From NCBI GenBank assembly GCA_000388065.2, contig KB932205.1: a DNA stretch of 24,920 nt. One strand, 5' to 3'. This document shows positions 11,370-21,300 of the stretch, in pieces. This stretch comes from Fonticula alba ATCC 38817 (Eukaryota; Protista; Nucleariida). Numbering within the stretch: position 1 is the first letter of the stretch; every line of letters starts with the position of its first letter. The notes beneath the pieces were generated by a model. The model saw nothing but the letters and a program-made list of their open reading frames with translations. It was not told the origin of the DNA and made no database searches. The translations under genes were made by a program, and so were the position numbers.

Positions 11370-13788
11370 CGAGGGCGGGGCACGCGGCGTCGGCAAGCGG
11401 GGTAAGGAGGAGAGCGGAGAGAGGGGGTGTTGGGAGGAGGAGGAGGAGGAGGAGGAGGGCGAGCGAGAGAGAGAGAGAGAGAAGGGAGGAAGAAAGAAAG
11501 AGAAGGAGAGAGAGAGAGGGGCGGGGGAGGGAGAGAAGACTGGGGGCTGTTGGCCACGCGTTTGGACGCGGAGGCCAGGCCTCAGCCAAAAAAAAGAGAG
11601 ATCGCCGACGTGGCCGAGGCAGCCAAGTGCTCTCACGGGCCGGACAAGAGGCCAAGTGCGGCCGGAGGGGGGCGAGGGGGCAGACACCCAACAAATGTCT
11701 GTTATTATTGTTGTTGCTACATCGCCCTGTGCGGTGTTGACCGTGCGACACATCCGCGCATTGTCATGTTGAAATGCCCATTCTGGGGGGGGCGCTCCGT
11801 GTTACAGGGTAAAATCGGGCAGGAGCCGGGACAGGGGAGGGGGCGGGCGAGACTCGGTACCCCCCCCCCCCCCGCCCGAGAGGGACGAATACTGCGCGGC
11901 TGGGCTTCTCTGGCCGTCGGGGCCCGCTGGTCAGCCGGTGTTTGGGATGGCGTTTGAGAAAGGCAACTCGGGCAGGGGGAGGGGGGCGCCCGCGGTCCGG
12001 GTAGCATGTGGTTCTAGCACGCTCGCACGCGTGCGCGCGCGCGCGCGTACCTGAGGGGGGTGGAAGCGACGAAATACGCGACGATCGATCCGACATGGGG
12101 GGTCGATCGCCGATTGGGCACCCCCCCGCCCCCCCCAGCTTCGGTCGATATCTTTCAGCCGAGGGGCGGGGAGCGGGGCGCGCGGGGAAACGCGGTTGCT
12201 CCGTCGCCCGGGGCGTGGAGGAAGAGCGTTTCGGGTGCGCACTCGCGCCCGGCGGCCGCTCTTCGCGGTGCGACAGATCGCCATCCGGGGGGCCGGAGAG
12301 CGAGCGAGGTCGTCTGATCCTTCCCGTGACACATGATATCCCGGCATCCACATGGCCCGGTGCTCGTTAATCGACCCTTAACCCTGCGGCGCCCTTTGGA
12401 GCGCATCGCCACCTGTGCCCCTTGGGGTGACCCCCTCTCCTTGAGGCGTGTGTCCAACCGCGCACGGACAGTGGGCATATATGCCCGGTAAGCCCGCTCG
12501 CCGTGCGTCTGCACAGCGCTGTAACACCCGGTTTTGGAGGGGGGGGGGGAGGACGCGCCGGCGAGCACCGGCCCCTAGCCACCTTGGGGGGCAAGACACT
12601 GTGTGGTCGTGTTTTCCGCGGCCTCCCGCCGCCCCCGGGTCCCCTGGGCTGACGGTCGATGTTGTGGTTACGGGCGCAGTACGCCAGACGCGGGAGTGGC
12701 CGCGGGAGGGGCGGAGAGGGGGGGCATTCCTTGCGGAGAGACTACGGAGCGGGGCCGGTCAGGGGGGCCCCCCCGTCCCATGCCGCGGCCTGTCCCCATG
12801 AGAGCCGGGTCCGCGCGAACAGCTTGCCCGGATGCCAGGATTATCGACGTCGGGCCTCGGGGTGTCCGGCCGCGCATGCATGGGCCGTGCTGCCGACGCG
12901 CGCCGAGCGCGCCCCAGGGCCCCGGGGGAGGGGGCGGTCGCGGAAATTTCACGCCCATAAGCAAGGACACCCGCCGGTCGCCGGGCACCCGTGGGCTTCC
13001 TCGCCTCACCAAGCCCGGGCTCGAAGGGGAGGGGGGATCGCCGGACACAATCCACGTTGCGGACGGTGGTGGTCCCAACGAGCGCTTCATGCCCGTCCCC
13101 CCCCCCCCCCATCATCCCCACGGCGCCTCGCAACCGACCATCAGACCGTGCCCGACCCTTGGGCCGTGGCTCCTGCAGCAACAACGACAACAACAACAAT
13201 CCCCTGCACTCGCGCACCGCACATGCGCACCCGCAGGCGGACATTCCCGGCCGGTGGCGGCCCGGGGCGCGGGCAGGGGCGTGGGCGTCGATTCGCCCTA
13301 CTGGTCGTGTCCTGCCCCCCCCCCCCCCCCCCCCCCCCCCCGCCCCAGCTGTCCCCCGCCACCTCTCTCGCAGCAACAATGTGCCGGGCGCGGGGTGCCG
13401 GGCTTCACCCCTCGCCGCGCGTCCCGGCTTTCCTCCCGGTTGGGACATTCCCCACTCCACCTCGCCCCCGACATACCCATATGGCGTCCGGCGCCCACGC
13501 GGGGAGGGGAGCCAAGGGATGGGGACTGGCCGGGCGGGCCGGCCGGCCGGCCGGTGGCGACGAGGACATCAGCCGGCTCCATCGTCAGCCGCACCCTGGG
13601 CTGCTTGTTTTCCCTGGGCCGATTATACAACCGCAAACGCGGGGGGGGGGGGGGGGAAGGCCAGGAGGGGGCGACCAGCATGGGTGCCCCCCTCCACGGC
13701 AGGGTCGCGCGCTCCGTCTCGATGGCCCCAGCTGGCCCTCACTGCCGCCGCACCCGCACATGCGCAACATCCACACGCACACAGGCGG

Positions 13789-13822
<34 letters not shown>

Positions 13823-14108
13823 CGGAGAGATCTCTCCGGCATGTATGCCGTTTTTCTCGGGGCCCCCTGCCGTTCCCTGTTCCCGGGGCGCAGGTATGGC
13901 AACACGCATCGCACCTCCCCCGGGGGCTTCTTCCTGCCCGTGAGCACCTTCCCTTCCCCTTCCCTCGCTTCCGTGCTCCCTCTCCCCCCTCCTCTGCCCC
14001 CTGTGCCCCTTCTCCGGCCTCTGCTCTGCCCCCCCCCTCCCTCCCTCCTCCCGCCTCACCTCCCCTGGACCGGTGCTGGGTGCCCGCTAGCCACATACCC
14101 CTGCCGCG
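11370..14108. promoter_or_regulatory. Divergent intergenic/promoter region between the lipase-like gene (-) and the AEC transporter (+)
   Basis: Inferred from the head-to-head orientation of the two gene models. No protein-like ORF was recognised. It is rich in C/G runs and (GC)n. Confidence 0.5.
13894..14090 (+). other. Probable 5'-UTR intron of the AEC/PILS-like gene
   Basis: Donor CAG|GTATGG at 13894, a C/T-rich body, and acceptor CTAG at 14089-14090, 18 nt before the ATG at 14109. Confidence 0.45.
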
Positions 14109-17090
14109 ATGGCGGACACCTCGATCCTGGCCGGGCTCCCGGCGGCCAACACGCTCATCGAGACGGTCCTCTCTGCGTCATCCGGATCGTCTGGCGGCCT
14201 GCCCCTCGAGTATCTGCCCTTCGTCGGCCTGACCACCATGTCCGTCTTCAAGGTGTACTTCTCGATCAGTGCGCTCATGGGATCCCACCGCATGCATGCT
14301 CGCTCCTCGCTTTCCCTGCCTGCCTGCTTTTTCCCCACCTGTGCTCACATCCCTCCCCCCTCCTTCTCGACTCAGTCATCGGAGCCTTCCTCTCCTTCCG
14401 TGGCTTTTTCACTTTGCAGATCTCGCGCCATGTTTCGGCGGTGCGCCTCCCCAGCTCCCTCGCGCCCCCCCCCCCATCCCCCCATCCCCCCATCCCCTTC
14501 GGCTCTCGCTTGCTGGCCTTATCGGTGCCCGGCCCCAGCACTGACCCTTCCCCCCTCTGTTCCTCTCTCCTTGCAGATCAACTACCATGTCACCCTGCCG
14601 TGTCTCTTCTTCGGCAGCATCATTCGCGCTCTGGAGACCAGCCCGCTCTCGGTCATCAGGTTCGTGAGCCCCATGTCGAGTCAGTTTTCCCATCCTGCCT
14701 TCGGACCAAAGCTAATCCCCCCCCCCCCCCTGCCCACTACCCCATATAGCCTCATCGTCCCGATCGCACTCATCTATCACCTGCTGCTCTTCCTGCTGGG
14801 TATGCTCTTGCGCAAGGTCCTCAATCCCCCGCGCACCTTCCGCTGGGGCATGGTCGTTTGCATGCTCCTCGGCAATGTCGTATGTTCCCCACGCATCCAT
14901 CTGGCGGTGCCGCCGCCGCTGCCGCCCCTTCACACCCGGTCGCTCGCCACCGTGGTCCTCCTCTCATGCTGACCCTTCCCCCCCCCCCCCTATTGCCGTC
15001 TGCCACAGGGCGATCTCATTTTCGCCCTGGTCACCTCGGTGTGTGGCTTCGTGCCGCCCTTCGCCCCGGGGGATGACACGCGAGTCTTCGGCTTCGCGGC
15101 CATGTACTCCATGGTGGCCACGATCATTTCCTTCACCGTGGCCGACGCCCTGCTGGAGGTGGACGCCCAGGAACTCCCCCGGGTGCGGCGGGAGCTGGCG
15201 CGCGCCATGCTCGACGAAGCCCTGGCCGAGCTCAGCCACAAGGTCCCCGGGGCCGAGGCCTCGTCGCTGATCCGCGATGAGGAGGACCTCGTGGAGACCG
15301 TGCGCCTGAGCATGGTCGGCGGTGAGCAGCGCGCCCGGCGGTCGATGGCCATCGCCGCGTCAATTGCCCGCGGGCACAACACCACCCCCGGGCCCACACT
15401 GGCCGAGGTGACCACCGTGGCTCCGCGCTTCCGCCCGGCCAACCCGTCGGAGATGGACCCCCAGTCGCGGGCCAGCTTTGCCAGCATCCGCAGCCGGCAC
15501 TCGGGCTTCGATGAGACCGGGGCTCTGACCGCCGCCGGGGGCCCATTCAGCCCGGCACGCACATCCATGGCCATGGGCTTTTCGCCGGTGCTGGCCGCCG
15601 GGGGCAGTGGCTTCGCCAGCCCCGGGCCCGGGGTGGCGACTCTTGGCCCGGATTCCCTGGCCGGCTCGCATGGGTACATGCTGGATTCGGCCCCCCTGCG
15701 CAGCAGCTTCGCCGCCATGCACCACCCCGGCGCGTATCATCACCATCCCCAGCATCGCCGGATGTCGGCGGCCTCCTCGGCCCGGGTCAGCATGTCGGAC
15801 ATGTCGGCCTCGGCCGAGCTGAGCCACCTGCAGGCGGCCCATGAGCACAGCCTCATGTTGCGAGATTTGGATGATGAGTTTGGTCACTTGCCCATGCATG
15901 AGGATCTGGCCGATGAGGGTGCCGATGGTGGCCGGGGCTCCGGGTCCGGGCTGCAGCGTGGCTGGGCCATCGTGGTGTCTGGCACCCGGGCCGCCGGCAA
16001 GCGGGCCTGGGAAATGGCCCAGATGCCCCCGAACTTGACCATGATCTGTGCCCTGGTCATTGGCTTGATCCCGGGGTTCCGGCGGCTGTTCGTGGCCCCG
16101 GCCGACTCGTTGGCGGTGGCTGGAGGATCGGAATTCGGCCCGGCCCTGGGCTGGGTGCTCAGTGCGACGGATTTGACCGGGCAGGCGGCCGTGCCGCTGG
16201 GGTTGATGATTGTCGGTGCGGCGCTGGAGCGCTTTGTTCGTGCCGAAGTGGCTCGGTATCAGCGCCAGCGCGCGGCCGCGTCGGAGATCGCCGCCGGAGT
16301 GGCGGCCGCCAGCCTTGACACCCAGGCCGCCGACACGAATCCCCTGATGGCCGGCAGCACGGGCCATCCCGGGGATAACCTCTTCCCCGAGGAGGACGAT
16401 GAGGATGCCTTCCCCATGGCGGACCTGTCCTCCCCCTCCTCGGGCATGGGCTATCCCCGGGCTGGCGATGATGACCGGCTGGCCGAGGTCAAGGGGAGTG
16501 GTGGGCCCTCCGGCGGCAAGGACGCCTCTCGGTCCTCCCCCTCCGGCTCCTCCGCCGTCACCACCATCGCCGATGGCAGTCCGCACAGTGTCGGGGGGAA
16601 TTCCAGTGCCGAAGCCAGCGCCCCCGGGTCGATGCCCCTTCCCCCGGCATTCGGCGACACCGGCAAGAACCATCAGACCCTGATGCTGCAGCAGGCCGGC
16701 GCCGGGGCCGACATCGATCTGCTGGTCGAGCGACTGGTCTTGCCTTGTGGCACGCCGCTGGCCGAGTTCGAGGCGCGCATCCCGCTCTCCTCGACGCTGA
16801 TTTTCTCCCTGACCAAGGTGCTGGTCATGCCGGTGGTGTCCTTCTTCCTGGTGCTGGGCCTCCGGCGGCTGGGCATCATCCCGGCCAGTGACATCCCGCT
16901 GCAGCTCCTGCTGTATCTGAACATGACGGTGCCGGCCGCCACGGCCGCCCTGCTGGTCAGCCAGCTGAAGGGCGGCGATGGGCAAAACATCGCTGGCATC
17001 ATGGCCATCCAGTTCCTGGTGGTCATCTTCAGCTTCTCCTTTGGCATTCCGCTGGTCCTGCGACTCCTTCTGTCCATCGAGGGGTGGTAA
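14109..17090 (+). CDS. Auxin efflux carrier family (PILS/ECM3-like, Mem_trans) membrane transporter. Exons 14109-14268, 14376-14440, 14577-14659, 14750-14879, 15009-17090 (2520 nt, 839 aa).
   Basis: N-terminal hydrophobic block VFKVYFSIIIGAFLS...INYHVTLPCLFFGSI...MLLGNV/GDLIFALVTSVC...FAAMYSMVATIISFTV, then a long hydrophilic loop. C-terminal block MPPNLTMICALVIGLIP...GQAAVPLGLMIVGAAL...KVLVMPVVSF...LNMTVPAATAALLVSQL...IMAIQFLVVIFS. This is the 5+5 TM AEC layout. Exon phases are consistent. Confidence 0.87.
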
Positions 17091-18356
17091 GGGCGAGAGG
17101 CCACCAGAGGAATGGGCCGGNNNNNNNNNNGGGCCAGGCGCGCTCCCTCCTCCTCCTCCTCCTCCTCTCCCTCCTGCTGCTGCTCCTCTTTTTGTCTCGC
17201 CTCCTGCCCCCCCCCCCCATTCCTCTCGGCCTCCTGTTGGCCATTCCTCCTTCTCGGATCCCTTGGCTTTCTTTTCTCCGTGCCGTCCTTCTTGCGCCGC
17301 GGATCGTTTGCCTGTCCCCCGGGTGTCGAAAAGATCAAGTGTCGGCAACCCACCCCCTGTGTTTCTCCTGCTCCTGCTCCTGCTCCGGGCCAGGACCTCA
17401 CCCCTTCATAGCAATATAGACAACCCCACCAAAAGATGCGGCGCGGCAGGCGTCCATGGGCAGCCGGGGCTCGGCCGGCTTGTGTATACGTCGGGGGGCC
17501 AGTGGAAGCAAAAGGGGGCTGGCTCGCATGAGACCACCTTGAAGAGAGCAGGCCACCCAGTGTGCTGGCACAGCTCCGCGGCGGGCGTCCCGCCCCCCAG
17601 GCACCGAAGCGGGGCCGATCGAGGGCCGATCAACCTCCTGTGTTAACTGGTGTCATTAACTCGATCGGCGAGGATGAACATCATTCTCTCTGTCTCAGTT
17701 GCAGGAGTTCTCTGTCCATCGCGTTGCCGTGCGCGCCGACCGCAAATGTTCTGTTGCTGGTGTATGCGCGCGTTCGCGCCTGCCATTCTTCTCCCCTCGG
17801 TCCCCCGGCCGCCCTGTGTCCCTCTCCCCCGGGTCGGTGTTCCGCGGGCGGAGCAGTGAAAGGCGGCCGCCGGCGGAAACGCAGCAAATGTTGGCTGGGG
17901 GTTGAAAAAAACGTTCCCCCTCCCGCGAATGCAGTTGGCGCGCCGTTCGCCATAGAGGGGCAAACAGCCGGGCGCGTGTTGATGGGGCAACACGGCGGGG
18001 GCGGGGCCCTCTGGGGGGCAGCACCGCCCAGTCAACAGCCGACCTGAGGAAAGCCAAGGCGCCCACTCTGAAGACGGCCCCGGGCGCGGGGCTCAGTGCC
18101 CGGCCTGGGATTCACCACTCTTCTCCCCCCCCCCCCGTTCTTCTTCTCCACCCCATCCCCGACACGCGCGCCTCCGTACTTGCCATCTGAGATCTCTCCC
18201 CTGTGCCTCGCCCTCCCTGTCCTTGCCTCCTCCGGCCCCCTTCCGCCTTCTCTCCACCCATCGCACCCTGCTGACACGATCAGCCTCCACCACTCATCGC
18301 ACACGCGCCCCTGTGTACACTCGCGCAGCACGCACACTCCGCTGCGCCAAGAGACG

Positions 18357-21300
18357 ATGTCGGCCCTCTATAAGAAGAATGTGCGCCTGCGATCGCCTGT
18401 GCCTCCTGTTCCCTCGCGCTGTGGACCGCGTCTCACACTCCTCCTCCTCCTCCTCCGGCCCCCCTCGCACAGCACCAACGCCTGGTCCTCGCGGTGCTCC
18501 CCCCGAAGGGGGAGCCAAAGAGCCACATGGATGAGACCCAGCTGGCCCAGCTGGTCCACTATGCATCCACCCGGCCGGAGAAGTTGTCCCGGCTGATGCT
18601 CTTCATCCAGGCGAGCCTGTTCAAGAGCCACCGTGCCCGTGAGCTGCCGTGCGTCCCCCCATCTCGCATGGGCATGGCTGCCCCCTCCCTGCTCTCCCCC
18701 CCCCCCCCCCCCCCCCTGCCACCCTGGCAAGCCCATGTCCTGTCGCTCACCCACCTTCCCTCCGTCCTCCCCTCGTCTCGCTCGCCTCCCAGCATCACCG
18801 AGACCTATGTCCATATGATCAATGCCATCGTGGCCAAGACCGCCGCCAGCTACGGCTCCATCTACGGCAAGCAGATCCTGGAGGTGATCTGCTACCTGCT
18901 CCGGTGCATGTCGGCCGATGGTCTGCCGCTGCCCAGCTCGGCCACATCCGACATCCCGCTGGAGGATGTCCGCATGGCCACGTCGTTGGTGCGCGCTGCA
19001 CCGCTGGGTGGTCTCCCCCACCCCCTTTACTTGACATATCTCTGCCATCCCACCCCCCCACCTGACCGAGATTCTGGCATCCGTGTGCCGTAGCTCCTCC
19101 CCTTGGTGGCGGTCCGCGTGCCGGCCAGCGAGGACCCGCTGCTCCAGTCGAACTTTGCTCCCTTCATCGAGCGGCTGATTGCCAGCTACACGGCGCTGCT
19201 AAACCGCCCGGCGGCCCCGACGGCCAATGACCGGGCCATTTCGCGCCTGGCTCTGACGGCCCTGCGTGCCATCTGCCTTGGGGCTGCCTCGCCTCTGCGG
19301 CGCAACGACACCCCGGTCATCTATGGCCGTGTGGTGTCGGCCCTGATGGGGGTCGTGTGGGACGCGGCCCATAGCTCGGCCAATGCTCGCCTCTTCCAGG
19401 GCACCGTAGCGGCCATCGGCGCCGAAGGGGCCGCTGGCAACTTCTCGGAGACCAACTCGACCCTGTGCGCTTCCCTCTCGCCTGCTCCAGCCAGCATGAT
19501 GGTTGATTGGGTGATTTTTTTCCTCTTCCTCCTTCCTCTGTACAAGGGCGTCAGTGCTGACCGTCGTGTGCTGGGGGTGTCCCCTGCTTGCTCTGTCTGC
19601 TGTGTTTTGCTCCCCCTTGCTGATGCTTGCCATCCAGTACCGAGCTCCATCGCCGCATGCTCGGGTACCACGCGCTGCGGACCCTGCAACACCTGGCCAG
19701 CCAGTCCGATGTGACCACCATCAAGTGGCTGCTGGACCCGACCGTGGCGTGCGTTTCTTCTCTGATCTCCTTCCCCCCCCCCTTCCCCCCTTGCCACAAC
19801 ATTCCCCCTTAACCCCAGTGATTGCGATATACCCCTCTCTTGCCTCCCCGGGCCACCTCCTCCTGGGCCATGCTCACGATGCACCCCAGCTGGCTCGAGG
19901 ATCTGGCCAACTGGGACCGGCCGCGCGGCTTTGCTGCCCATCTGATCGCCCAGTACCAGAAGTCCCTCGGTGGATGTGCCCTCCCACTGCCTTTTCACAC
20001 ACATGCTTACATGCACAGGCAAGCAACTCCCATGCTCTGTCGGCTTGCCTGATCGACCGGATCGACGTATTTAGGGCTGACGACCTGGGACAAGGCAGCC
20101 TCCTGTGCGATATGCTGGGTATGGTGCTGTCTCGGGGGAAAGGCTTCGATGCGATAATCCCGCCGGTTTACGGCAAGGCCATGGAGTCGCCGGCGTCCTT
20201 CGCCCTGCCGCAAACCGAAGACCATTTGCTGTGCCTGGCGGACCTTGGTGGGGAGGAGCCGGCCCGGGGTGAGTACCAGTGGGTTGTCCTGCTGGTGAGT
20301 GATACCCTGAGCGCCGACCGGTCGCCCCTTTCCTCGGCCAGCAGCGTGCGGTCCTTCGGCAGTAGTTCCTCGGAGACCGGTGTCGGAGGCCACGGCGTCA
20401 ACCCATCGCCGATGCGTATGCCCACGGTCCAAGTGTCGGAGTGCTGCCTGGGACACGGGTCCCTGAGATATCCATCACGGGTGCACCTACGCATCTTCAC
20501 AAGGATGCGGGGCATGCTGCCCGCACGTATCTCAGAGATGTCTAGAGCTGCCGCCGACCTACGCCAATCCGTTATGGGCGGAACATCAGGAGCCAACGGT
20601 CAACATACTGTGCTGGTTCCTGCTGTCGCTGGTTGAATTGCTGATTCACTATGTTGGCACCCTGCCCGACCGGCTGGCCTGCTCATTGTCAGCCCTTTGC
20701 ATCATAATGGCCCTGACTGGCACCGAGTTGGATGCGGCCATCGGGGTCACTGTTTGCCGATGTTGATTGGCACTGTCGGGCGAATTGCCCAGGCTCCTCG
20801 GTGCAGCCTCACGACTGGTGCAGCCCGCTGCCGAGCTCGGCCAGCCAGCTCTTCAGCCTGACGGTGGGGAATCTCTCGAGCCGGAACTTTGGTGCGCACA
20901 CAGGGCGATGGGGGGCGGGGGCGGGGGGGAGAGCTGCTCGGACAATTGCCGTCCTTTTGGCCGCACTCCCTCTCGACAGGAGCAACGCATGCTTCGCTCA
21001 GATACACACACATGCATACATACATAAGAACATGGTGCTCTGTTCAGCCGCTCGGAGTTGCACGCATGCGCTGCTGCACGAGCTCCTCCGCTCGATGAGC
21101 GATGCGATGCCAGACGGCCAGCGCCCGGAGCAGCCGGTGCTGGACGCCTTTGCCAAGGCACATGGCGCGCGCTTGCTCGTGTCCCTGACGTCGGTCTTCA
21201 GTCGGGAGCTGACCCTCACTTCGGGTCCGGCTTCCGGGGCGGATCCCCTGTCGGTGGGCGACATCCTTGGCCTTGCGGTGGCCTTGGCCGACTACACCGG

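Noticed and set aside
12374-12385. ACCCTTAACCCT, telomere-like and also a U12 branch-like motif
   Set aside because: It is a single short intergenic occurrence with no array and no matching donor.
12603-14749. Long plus-strand ORFs (446 aa, 696 aa, 413 aa) upstream of and overlapping the transporter
   Set aside because: Their translations are Pro/Arg/Gly-rich and pass through poly-C and (CA)n tracts (PPPP, THTH). Such ORFs are expected from stop-codon scarcity at high GC.
15360-17348. 662-aa minus-strand ORF
   Set aside because: It is an antisense shadow of the AEC transporter's last exon and crosses an N-gap.
17091-18356. Possible ncRNA or small gene between the transporter and EFR3
   Set aside because: I recognised no tRNA, snRNA or snoRNA motif and no protein-like ORF. 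An Rfam/Infernal scan would be needed to exclude one.
19808-19818. CCTTAAC followed by CCCAG, a U12-like branch site in an EFR3 intron
   Set aside because: The donor is GTGCGT (major type). Using AG 19817-19818 breaks the frame, while AG 19888-19889 restores the EFR3-like sequence.
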